From a candidate division Zixibacteria bacterium SM23_73_2 (lineage in GTDB: Bacteria; Zixibacteria; MSB-5A5; SM23-73-2): DNA of 64,000 bases. The notes beneath the pieces are model-generated. The model was not told the origin of the DNA. It worked only from the letters and a program-made list of their open reading frames with translations, and made no database searches. Position numbers and translations under genes: made by a program. Where the stretch lies: assembly GCA_001304315.1 (NCBI GenBank), contig LJUW01000004.1:1018-65017 (forward strand). Direction: 5' to 3'. Below, in pieces: positions 9,039 through 17,372 of this stretch (positions are counted from its first letter, which is position 1; every line of letters begins with the position of its first letter).

Positions 9039-11902
9039 AAACCAAAGCGAAGAAAAACGCCTCAAGTTTCTGGTCAAGAATTGAGGCTGCAGAAGAGTTA
9101 ATCCGAAAGAAAGCTTACAAGCAAGCTTTGGCGGATATTAAAGAGTTGAAGCAGGAACAGAAGCATTCCCCCTTCAGTGAAGAGGGTGCTGCTATATCCT
9201 GTCTTTTAGCTGATTCACTGTCCAATCAGGGGAGATACAAGGAAGCTCTTCCCGAAGCCAAAAACGCCTATCACTTTTTCAAAAACACCTTAGAACACAA
9301 AAGGATAGCTGAAATCCTGTGGATTTTAGGGAACATCTATCTTGCCACCGGTTTGCTTAAAGAGGCAGAGAATCAGATAAGGGATGCAATAACCACTTAC
9401 AGAAGATCAGACGATATCAAAGGTATTATAGCTGGATACAACAAGATAGCCCAGATATACTTCATTCAATCAGATTTTACCAAATCAGAGGAATATCTTA
9501 AGGAATCGATTAGGTTATGCGATGAGATAGATTATTATCAAAAAAAAGGTGGGCTTTTACGTAATTTAGCCACTGTCAATACCTTACAGGGAAAAATCAA
9601 TCAGGCTGAAAAGAATTTATTAAAAAGCATTCTGATTAACCAGAAACTGAAAGACGAAATATTTTTAGCCCAGGGTTATCTCTCCCTGGGATACGTCAAA
9701 TTCTTAAAAAGAGACTTTACTCAATCCTATAATCTCTATCAAAAGGCAAAAAAACTGATTGAGGAAAACAACCTCACCAGGGATTTAGCCATCTTTTGTG
9801 AATACTCGGCGGAGCTGTCTTTAGCACAGGGAGATTATAAAAAAGCAGAAGAGCTCTGCAATCAGGCGCTTTCCTTAATAGAAAAAAACGCTCCTGAAGG
9901 AGACATCGCTTCCCAGACCAACAGGATTTTAGCTGAGCTTAAAACAGCCCAGAACCAGCTCGATTCCGCTTTAGAATTCTGCGAAAGGTCTCTGGAGGTA
10001 TCAATATCCTTAAACGAGAGAATAGAACAGGGAACCGTATACCGTATCCTGGGAGAGATCTGGTCGAAAAAGGGGCAGCAAAAAAAAGCCTTAGACTATT
10101 TCTCCAAAAGCATCGACCTGTTTCAAAAGTTGGGCACCGATTACGAGTTAGCCAAAACACTTCTTAAAGCTGGAAAAGCAGGTTGTTTTGATTACAAAAT
10201 ATCTCTTGGTTTTCTAGAAAAAAGCCAGAAGCTTTTCACCGAGATAAAAATACCTTATCTCTCTGCAGAGGTCCAGCTTTCTAAGGCTCATCTGTTCCTG
10301 GAAGAAAACGATATGGACCAGGCTGTAGATACTCTGGATTCAGCCCAGGCTCTTTTCGCCCAAATCTCAGACGAGGATAAGCTTAAGGAAGTTGAAACCG
10401 CAAGAGAGAAAATCGAGAATCTGCTTTCAGAGAAATCACTGTCAGTGGAGAACGAATACCGGTTGTTCAGAAGATATCTCTCAGAGGGTGAGTACCGGGG
10501 GCTCAAGGGAGGGAGCCTAAAGGAGATTCTGAACATACTGGGTAAAAGGGTGGAAGCGGATAGAGGATTTATACTATTGAAGAATGGCGAAGAGGAATTG
10601 AAAGCTGTTTCCTGTTTTAATATTCAACCTGAGGATGCAAGCCGATTATTCTCAGAACTGCCCGATTCTCAAAAGCTAACTCAACAGCCGGTAATCAGCA
10701 CCAGCGCCTTTAGAGTGAATGGAGAACAGATCAAGGGTTTCCTTTTGATCCCCCTGAACTCCGGGGAAAAAGTAGAAGGGTATCTGTATCTCGATAGAAA
10801 TGGGCGGATATTACCAAAAACCTTCTTTACCCAGACCCAGTTTAACTTCGCTGTTGCATTTGGTGATGTGATCGGATTGAAGTTAATCGAGCTCGAGAAA
10901 AAAAGGCTGGAACAGGATAATCTTAAGTTAAGGCAACAGCTTGAATTAACCCACGCCTTTCCAACAGTTATAACTCAAAGTCCCAGGATGCTGAATATCC
11001 TGTGGAAGCTCTTGCAGGTCAAAGACTCCAGTCTTCCGATATTACTTGAAGGCGAAACCGGAACCGGCAAAGACTTGATTGCAAAGGCCATCCATTATTC
11101 ATGCAACAAAAAAGAAGGTAAATTCGTTGCCATAAACTGCGCAGCTTTACCCGAGCCTTTATTTGAGTCAGAGCTTTTCGGACACAAAAAGGGCTCTTAT
11201 ACCGGGGCAGCCTTTGACAAAAAAGGTCTTCTGGAGGAAGCTGACGGAGGAACTTTATATCTGGACGAGCTGGCGGACATAACCCCATCCTCCCAGATAA
11301 AGCTTCTTCGGGTTTTGGAAAACAAGGAATTCACCCGTCTGGGTGAAACCACTCTCAGAAAAGTGGACATCCGGATAATTACCTCCACCAACAGAATAAT
11401 GAAGGAGGAGGTGGAAAAAGGTAACTTCCGAAAGGATCTATTCTATCGTCTTAACGCCGTTCATATCAGGATTCCAACCCTTAAAGAAAGAAGGGAAGAC
11501 ATTCCTATCCTGGTGGATCATTTCATCCGAAGCTACTCGGATGATCCTTCACTTTTCTCCAATCTGGTACCTTTGATTCTGGAGATCTTCACCAACTACG
11601 ACTGGCCCGGAAACATAAGAGAGCTGGAGAACGAAGTCAAAAGGATTTTAACCTTCAACAAAGGCAAAGAACAAGCTCAGCTGGAGGGACTCTCCGACAA
11701 GTTCACCATGCCGGAGGAGCTGATAAAAGAAAAGCTCTCATTGTACGACCGCATAGCTTTGCTGGAGAAGCAATACATCATAAAAGCTTTAAACGAAAAC
11801 AACTGGGTAAAGAAAAAAGCTGCTCGCACGCTCTCCATCCCCGAATCCTCCTTGAGGTTCAAGATGAAGCAGTACAAAATATCTACTCCCAAGAAAAAAT
11901 AG
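9035..11902 (+). CDS. Sigma-54-dependent transcriptional activator with N-terminal TPR sensor region (TPR - GAF-like - AAA+ - Fis HTH)
   Basis: - About 450-aa TPR-like N-terminus.
- AAA+ 'GETGTGKDLIAKAIH', and 'GSYTGA', a variant of the GAFTGA sigma-54 contact loop.
- 'PGNIRELEN' and a C-terminal HTH_8 'KKAARTLSIPESSLRFKMKQY'. Confidence 0.85.
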   Translation: MKTKAKKNASSFWSRIEAAEELIRKKAYKQALADIKELKQEQKHSPFSEEGAAISCLLADSLSNQGRYKEALPEAKNAYHFFKNTLEHKRIAEILWILGNIYLATGLLKEAENQIRDAITTYRRSDDIKGIIAGYNKIAQIYFIQSDFTKSEEYLKESIRLCDEIDYYQKKGGLLRNLATVNTLQGKINQAEKNLLKSILINQKLKDEIFLAQGYLSLGYVKFLKRDFTQSYNLYQKAKKLIEENNLTRDLAIFCEYSAELSLAQGDYKKAEELCNQALSLIEKNAPEGDIASQTNRILAELKTAQNQLDSALEFCERSLEVSISLNERIEQGTVYRILGEIWSKKGQQKKALDYFSKSIDLFQKLGTDYELAKTLLKAGKAGCFDYKISLGFLEKSQKLFTEIKIPYLSAEVQLSKAHLFLEENDMDQAVDTLDSAQALFAQISDEDKLKEVETAREKIENLLSEKSLSVENEYRLFRRYLSEGEYRGLKGGSLKEILNILGKRVEADRGFILLKNGEEELKAVSCFNIQPEDASRLFSELPDSQKLTQQPVISTSAFRVNGEQIKGFLLIPLNSGEKVEGYLYLDRNGRILPKTFFTQTQFNFAVAFGDVIGLKLIELEKKRLEQDNLKLRQQLELTHAFPTVITQSPRMLNILWKLLQVKDSSLPILLEGETGTGKDLIAKAIHYSCNKKEGKFVAINCAALPEPLFESELFGHKKGSYTGAAFDKKGLLEEADGGTLYLDELADITPSSQIKLLRVLENKEFTRLGETTLRKVDIRIITSTNRIMKEEVEKGNFRKDLFYRLNAVHIRIPTLKERREDIPILVDHFIRSYSDDPSLFSNLVPLILEIFTNYDWPGNIRELENEVKRILTFNKGKEQAQLEGLSDKFTMPEELIKEKLSLYDRIALLEKQYIIKALNENNWVKKKAARTLSIPESSLRFKMKQYKISTPKKK

Positions 11903-11923
11903 AAAATAATATTTGATTTTAAA

Positions 11924-11947
11924 AGCCATCTCCGGATGGTTTTTTTG
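11924..11947 (+). terminator. Weak rho-independent terminator after the sigma-54 activator
   Basis: Short stem 'agccatc/gatggtt' with a 4-nt loop, followed by TTTTTTG. Confidence 0.35.
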
Positions 11948-12122
11948 TATTTGACCTGTCAAGCTTCAGCTTGATCAATAATTTTTATTTACCAAGAATT
12001 TCCCCCATCAAACTCAAGGATTTACATCAACAACATCTTTTCCTGTCGCATTCAAAAACTATTGACAATTGATTCAACTTAGATTAATTATTAAGAAAAC
12101 TTACACAAAAAGGAAGGTTTGA

Positions 12123-12566
12123 ATGAAATATAAAGCATTCTTCGAAAAGATGTTTTTACCTTTGATTTTAGTACCTTTTGGATTTTTTCTTTTCAACAGT
12201 TGCGGGGGACGACCAGATCCCAGAAAAACGGTGATGGATTTTGTAAAAGCTGTGGCACAATCAGATTCTTTGACTCTGGATAATCTGGTCGATTTTGAGG
12301 TATTTACTCAAAAAAAATACCCTGATCTGCCTGAGGAAAAAATACCCGCGACAAAACAAAGATTGAAAAGAAATCTTTTAAAAAGTGGCATTACCAGGGT
12401 GAAATGGGAAAACTACCGCAAGGTGCTCGGGGATGTCAAATTCGAAGGTGACACCGCAAACGTTGAATTGACCCTAATGCATTTAAAAACCGGGATTTAC
12501 AGTTATACCACTGTGCGGATGTATTTAAAAGAGGGTAAATGGAAGATATTCTACTACGAGGATTAA
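12123..12566 (+). CDS. Hypothetical lipoprotein
   Basis: Signal peptide with lipobox 'LFNSC'. No recognisable catalytic motifs. Confidence 0.5.
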   Translation: MKYKAFFEKMFLPLILVPFGFFLFNSCGGRPDPRKTVMDFVKAVAQSDSLTLDNLVDFEVFTQKKYPDLPEEKIPATKQRLKRNLLKSGITRVKWENYRKVLGDVKFEGDTANVELTLMHLKTGIYSYTTVRMYLKEGKWKIFYYED

Positions 12567-12579
12567 AAAATCAAAATTA

Positions 12580-12900
12580 AAAATTTGGAGTGCAATAACT
12601 TGTTATTGCATGCATCCCACCAAAGGCGGGATTGAGTTATCGGAGCCATAAAGGCTCCTCTACGCGTAGCAGAAGATTTATCCTTCTGCTGTGAACTATT
12701 AACCATTAACCATCTGCCATTGTGTGCCCGCCAGGTCCCCCCTGGCCGGACGGGCTGACCTGGTGGGAATAACTGGTCGGGTCAGGGGATCCGACCAACA
12801 CAGGCTCAATTTACCCAGTGCTGTCGGGAGTTACCTCCCGACAGAAAACATCAGCCTGCCCTCTCAGGGGAGAATGCTCCTGACGCCACCATTCAACTAT
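12580..12900. ncRNA. GC-rich multi-hairpin island; candidate structured ncRNA or nested repeat cluster of unknown class
   Basis: - About 58% GC in a roughly 40% GC genome, in a convergent intergenic gap.
- At least 6 strong hairpins, e.g. 'tgcaataac-ttg-gttattgca' and 'tgtcgggagg-tta-cctcccgaca'.
- Shares 'cccctggccggacRggc' and 'caggtcccc' with the MITE-like elements. Confidence 0.25.
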
Positions 12901-12901
12901 C

Positions 12902-13918
12902 CTATTTTTTAACCCTTTGCCCCGAACCTTTATCAAACCTATGAATCTTTCTCTCTTCAAAAACCAACCAAACCTCCTCCCCCTCTCTAATTTTCTCCTC
13001 AGGCTTAAGCCTTACTGATACTAAAATGTCCGAAACCTCAACGTAAAGATAATTATCCGAACCCAGAATCTCTATGACGCTCGATTTTCCTTTGATCGAA
13101 TCTGGAACCTCTTTTAAAGATAACTTAAAATCCTCAGGTCTTATTCCAACTGTTACATTTTTATCTTTAACAAAGGGAACAATCTCTCCTGGCAAAAAAT
13201 TCATCGTGGGAGAACCGATAAAACCTGCGGTGAAGATATCCTCCGGTTTCTCATAAACATCCTTGGGTGTGCCCACCTGCAGTATCTTTCCATCCTTAAT
13301 CACCGCCAACCTGTCAGATAAGGTCATCGCCTCTGCCTGGTCATGGGTAACGTATATGATTGTTATATTGACTTTTTTATGGAGCCTTTTCAGCTCGGTT
13401 CTCATCCTCAGTCTCAGCTTCGCATCTAAATTTGACAAAGGTTCATCCAGAAGCAAAACATCCGGCTCCAAAACCAAAGCCCTGCCCAGAGCGACTCTCT
13501 GACGTTGACCACCTGAAAGCTCTCGGGGCAGCCGTCTCCCCAATCCCTCCAACCTTAAAAGATCCAGAGCCCACCCGATCTTTTCCCTTTTCTTTTTTCC
13601 CTCCATCCTTCTTATCTTCAAACCGAATCCAATATTAGCCTCGACTGACATATGAGGGAACAAAGCATAACTCTGAAAAACCATGGAGATGTTTCTTTTT
13701 TGAGGAGGAATATCATTAACCAATCTTTTATCAATGAAGATTTTTCCAGTGCTGATCTTTTCCAGACCAGCAATTAACCTCAAGGTGGTCGATTTGCCAC
13801 AGCCTGATGGACCAACCAGGGTCAAAAACTCCCCATCCCCAACTTTCAGATTAATATCATCTACTGCCTTGACCTCTCCGAAAAGCTTACTCAAACTCTC
13901 CAATCTTACTTCAGCCAC
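12902..13918 (-). CDS. ABC transporter ATP-binding protein, MalK/UgpC-type with C-terminal TOBE domain
   Basis: Walker A 'GPSGCGKST', signature 'LSGGQRQRVALGRAL', Walker B 'LLLDEPLSNLD'. About 110-aa C-terminal regulatory (TOBE/MalK_C) domain. Confidence 0.85.
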   Translation of the reverse strand: MAEVRLESLSKLFGEVKAVDDINLKVGDGEFLTLVGPSGCGKSTTLRLIAGLEKISTGKIFIDKRLVNDIPPQKRNISMVFQSYALFPHMSVEANIGFGLKIRRMEGKKKREKIGWALDLLRLEGLGRRLPRELSGGQRQRVALGRALVLEPDVLLLDEPLSNLDAKLRLRMRTELKRLHKKVNITIIYVTHDQAEAMTLSDRLAVIKDGKILQVGTPKDVYEKPEDIFTAGFIGSPTMNFLPGEIVPFVKDKNVTVGIRPEDFKLSLKEVPDSIKGKSSVIEILGSDNYLYVEVSDILVSVRLKPEEKIREGEEVWLVFEERKIHRFDKGSGQRVKK

Positions 13919-14009
13919 GATCTTCTCTGATTTTTAAGTTCCTATTAGTTCCCCTGAATTCTTGATGCATACTCACCAGCACATAATCCGAGGCTATTGC
14001 TCAACTCCC

Positions 14010-14145
14010 CTGGCCGGACAGGCATCGTGTCATTCTGACCCCCGCTAACAGCGGGAGGAAGAATCTCATTTGCGAAGCATTCTTTGAATTTCCTACGATA
14101 TAAAAGACCCTTCACTTCGTTCAGGGTGACACTTGTAGACTTTGA
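14010..14145. repeat. MITE-like GC-rich palindromic element, copy A (between permease and ATPase genes of the ABC operon)
   Basis: About 85% identical, in inverted orientation, to 29104-29262. Contains 'gtcattctgac', the hairpin 'cccgctaacagcggg' and 'gaagaatctc...gcattctt'. The spurious ORF 13945-14157 is its translation. Confidence 0.65.
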
Positions 14146-14200
14146 TAATAATCTCATTCTCTACTTTAACTTCCGCTAAAAGAATTTTCGTTTGTCAAAC

Positions 14201-15025
14201 TCATTTCACCGCTCCCGCGGTCAAACCGGTTCTCATATATCTCTGAACCGCAAAGGTAAATATAATAACCGGAATGCATATGAAAAGAGAGATCGCAGCT
14301 ATGAAATTCTTCTGGGGTGACCAGGTTAAAATTCTTAAAAGGTAAACTGGCAGAGTGCTTTCCGTTCCCTGAAACATAAGAAAATAAGCGAACACGAACT
14401 CATTCCAGGACAGAAGAAAAGTATAGATAGCAGCTGCTCCCAGCCCCGGTAAAGCCAAAGGTACAAGAATCCTCAAAAATGAATATGCCCGGGAAGCCCC
14501 CAATACCTGTGACTGTTCCTCCAGATCCCTGGGGATCGACTCGAAAACCCCTTTAGCGATGTAAATGGTATAAGGCAAGGATAAAAGAGTATGAGCTAAG
14601 GCTACCGAGATCACCGGGGGCAGAAGGGATAAAGGCTTTTTAAAAAACTGCTCCGCCACCGGGATCACCGCAGATATGTCCGGGAACAACCGTACAGACA
14701 GAAGAAAGAAAAGCAAAATTGCCAAACCCGGGATTTTAAACCGGGCTAAGGCGAAAGCTGATGGAACACCCAAGAAAAGACAAAAAGCCACAGTTAAAAA
14801 ACCAACCTCAAGACTGACAATTCCGGATTGCAAGAAATCATTTCTAACCGATAAGGATTCGAACATCTTGAAATTTGGTTCAAAAGGCCAGAAAGGTTCA
14901 GGATACCTCCCTCCGGTGACCACGCTGTCCCGATCCGATACTGAGTACTTAAAAAGGATGAAGATGGGGAAGATTATGAAAAAAATGGTAATTGCGATAA
15001 GAATTATTTTTAATAAGTTTCCCAT
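14201..15025 (-). CDS. Carbohydrate ABC transporter permease (MalG/UgpE-like)
   Basis: 6 TM helices and the EAA loop region 'AKGVFESIPRDLEEQSQVLGAS'. Confidence 0.8.
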   Translation of the reverse strand: MGNLLKIILIAITIFFIIFPIFILFKYSVSDRDSVVTGGRYPEPFWPFEPNFKMFESLSVRNDFLQSGIVSLEVGFLTVAFCLFLGVPSAFALARFKIPGLAILLFFLLSVRLFPDISAVIPVAEQFFKKPLSLLPPVISVALAHTLLSLPYTIYIAKGVFESIPRDLEEQSQVLGASRAYSFLRILVPLALPGLGAAAIYTFLLSWNEFVFAYFLMFQGTESTLPVYLLRILTWSPQKNFIAAISLFICIPVIIFTFAVQRYMRTGLTAGAVK

Positions 15026-15040
15026 ATCTCATTCATCAGT

Positions 15041-15925
15041 TTAAACTTTTATTAATTGGGATCTTACAGTTTTAGTCAAAAAGGTAAAAAGAAAAGTTGT
15101 CGTCCCGATAAAGATCACCAGCCACAGGGCGCAGGCACAGGCAAGCTGGGGATTCTGCTCCACGTGATATAACCTTTCGATTAATACTCCCAAAAGAGGA
15201 TAGGCTGGAGCAATGATAAAAGGGAAAATAAATTCCTTCCAGTTCTCAATTGATCTCAAGATCAAAACAGTGGAGATAGCTGGAGTGAGAAGCGGGAGGG
15301 TGATGTATTTAAACCTCTGCCAAAAACTTGCACCCATAATCTCGGAAGCCTCATACGCTTCCCTATCTATGGTCTGAAGACCCGCCAGGATAATCAGCAT
15401 GGCAATGGGCATATCCCTCCAAACCTTCCCCAGCATGGCTAAACCGATTGAGAAAAACTCGGACCCGCTGAAATTCAAAGGAAAAGATAGGATTTTGGGA
15501 AAGAAAACGTATTTGCCTAAAAGAAGATCGTTGATGTGACCGAAAGGATAGGAGAACAAAAGATTTATAATTACCGCGGTAACCAAAGCCGGTATTGCAA
15601 TGGGAACCAAAAACAGGCTTCTGATCAAACCCACCCCTTTGAAACTCTCGTAAACCAGCAATGCCAGGATTATCCCCACCACAAGCTGAAGTGGAGTACC
15701 CACCAGCATAAACCAGAAGGTCCTCCACAAAGCTTCCCTGAACTCAATCTCTGCGAAAACGGACAATATAGGCAGACCCTCCCCCAAGGAGAATTTGAAA
15801 AGATAAAACAATACAATCACAAGGAAAGCGAAAAGGTAAAGAAAGGAGGGAATGGTGATTCCGATGATAAAAAGGTTATCTTTTATCTGCTCCCATATGG
15901 AGTAACTTTTTGTTTTCCTCAGCAT
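15041..15925 (-). CDS. Carbohydrate ABC transporter permease (MalF/UgpA-like)
   Basis: 6 TM helices and the EAA-like loop 'DREAYEASEIMGASFWQRFKYITLP'. Confidence 0.8.
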   Translation of the reverse strand: MLRKTKSYSIWEQIKDNLFIIGITIPSFLYLFAFLVIVLFYLFKFSLGEGLPILSVFAEIEFREALWRTFWFMLVGTPLQLVVGIILALLVYESFKGVGLIRSLFLVPIAIPALVTAVIINLLFSYPFGHINDLLLGKYVFFPKILSFPLNFSGSEFFSIGLAMLGKVWRDMPIAMLIILAGLQTIDREAYEASEIMGASFWQRFKYITLPLLTPAISTVLILRSIENWKEFIFPFIIAPAYPLLGVLIERLYHVEQNPQLACACALWLVIFIGTTTFLFTFLTKTVRSQLIKV

Positions 15926-17372
15926 ACTTTTTCAAAACCGATTTTATCTCACCCTTACCAAAAAGCTTTTTCTCCACCGCTATCTCATACCAGGCATCCA
16001 GGTAGTTCTTGCCCAGGGCTGGCAGGGAAACGAGCGAGGGCGATGGTTTAGTTCCAAGCTCAAATTGCCTTTGCGAGATCTCGAAGATGTCTTTTTTCCA
16101 GTCCTCGGAGAATATCTCAGAGATCTCCTCTACGACATCGATCCTTACCGGAAACATACCGAAGCGGGAACATTCCTCGATCTGGTTGGTTTTGCTGGTA
16201 ATAAACCGAGCCAATTTGTAAGAGAGATCAGGTGAAGGAGACGTCTTTGGAATCCCCCACCACCAGCCATAAAGATTTGAGTTATGATCTCCCTTTCTTT
16301 TGGGATTACCTTTGTTATCCAATTCTAAAGAGACGCCTGCGGGTACAATGGAAATACCCAAATCCTCAGGATCTTTGAGGTATCCGATCATGGTCGGATC
16401 AGAACCACCGTGAATAAAGAAAAGATCAATCTGGTGCATGAAAGCCAAAAAAACCTGCCCCTCGGAAATAGCCTTCCATATCCCTCCCCCGGACCAGCTC
16501 TGCTCCCACATACCCGGATTGTAAAGATTATTATTCACAAAAAAACCTTCCCACAAGAACATATCCACCACCGGATCGGTATCCATCCTGAGTATATCGT
16601 TTTTATCTCCTCCCATCTCGAACACCCTGGTGAAAAGCTCGTTGGTGGTCCCCGCATATTTTTTGCCCCGATGAGCCATCCGGGGAAGTAAAAGTCCCTG
16701 ATAAGAATTATTTGCCCAAAAGTAGGATAATACCAAAAGGTCATAAAAATCCCACCGATTGGGGTCTTTTTCCAGGATATAATCCCGGGGCAGTCCATAT
16801 CCGTTCACTTTTTTCAACATCCCGCCGATTACCTCTCTGTCCTTTTCCCAGTTATTCAAAACATCCTCCACTTTGGATTTCAGATAGAACAAAAGATAGG
16901 TCTCCAGCTTTCTCGGAATATAGAAAACCTCCCCATCGATGGTCCCGATATCCAAAGCCAGGGGAAGATATTCCGAAAGATCGATCTTTAGCTGAGCGCT
17001 GTCAACGATCTCTTTTAATGAAGTCAAATATCCTTCCCTGGCCAAAGGATAGACCATCTCGTAGGCGGTTTTGACCAAGCCTATTCTTTTCTCCCCGGAT
17101 TTAAACTCAAGCTCTATCATCCTTTTCACGTCCTCCACCTTGTCAAAGGTAACCACGTTGAGCTTTGTGTTTTCCTGTTTCTCAAACTCCTTCATCTTTT
17201 CCCTGAACCATAGATCCTGGATATCCATCATCCTTATCAAGACCGTCATCTCGGTTTTTGGCTTTTTTTCACAGTAAAGTTGTGTGATGATTATCACCAA
17301 AATCAGAAGACAAAAACCGATTTTAAAAAAAATTTTAATTTTAATCTTTTTCGATCCTTTCCAATATTCCAA
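15876..17372 (-). CDS. Extracellular solute-binding protein (family 1, sugar-binding) lipoprotein
   Basis: Signal peptide/lipobox 'TQLYC'. About 470-aa periplasmic binding fold. First gene of the SBP-permease-permease-ATPase operon. Confidence 0.7.
   Translation of the reverse strand: MEYWKGSKKIKIKIFFKIGFCLLILVIIITQLYCEKKPKTEMTVLIRMMDIQDLWFREKMKEFEKQENTKLNVVTFDKVEDVKRMIELEFKSGEKRIGLVKTAYEMVYPLAREGYLTSLKEIVDSAQLKIDLSEYLPLALDIGTIDGEVFYIPRKLETYLLFYLKSKVEDVLNNWEKDREVIGGMLKKVNGYGLPRDYILEKDPNRWDFYDLLVLSYFWANNSYQGLLLPRMAHRGKKYAGTTNELFTRVFEMGGDKNDILRMDTDPVVDMFLWEGFFVNNNLYNPGMWEQSWSGGGIWKAISEGQVFLAFMHQIDLFFIHGGSDPTMIGYLKDPEDLGISIVPAGVSLELDNKGNPKRKGDHNSNLYGWWWGIPKTSPSPDLSYKLARFITSKTNQIEECSRFGMFPVRIDVVEEISEIFSEDWKKDIFEISQRQFELGTKPSPSLVSLPALGKNYLDAWYEIAVEKKLFGKGEIKSVLKKYAEENKKLLHMGADKR

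Noticed and set aside
12580-12900. Identification of the GC-rich island as RNase P RNA, SRP RNA or tmRNA
   Set aside because: I looked for RNase P 'AGGAAAGUCCGG' and 'GGUAAGAGCGCACC', SRP domain IV 'CCGGAAGGAAGCAGC', and the tmRNA 5' GGGG with a 'GGUUCGAAUCC' T-arm, on both strands. None is present. Only a 9-nt 'CCAGGUCAG' chance match to 4.5S RNA was seen.
12724-12912. 62-aa ORF inside the GC-rich island
   Set aside because: The open frame is a consequence of GC-rich, stop-poor sequence. It has no RBS, runs antisense into the ABC ATPase stop, and gives a Pro/Gly/Arg-rich low-complexity translation.
13945-14157. 70-aa ORF (and its counterpart 29060-29302) with near-identical peptide 'VKGLL(Y/F)RRKF(K/E)ECFANEILPPAVSG'
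   Set aside because: Both lie entirely within copies of the GC-rich MITE-like repeat, in opposite orientations relative to neighbouring genes. They lack RBSs, and the similarity extends beyond the ORF ends at the DNA level. This is repeat sequence, not a gene family.
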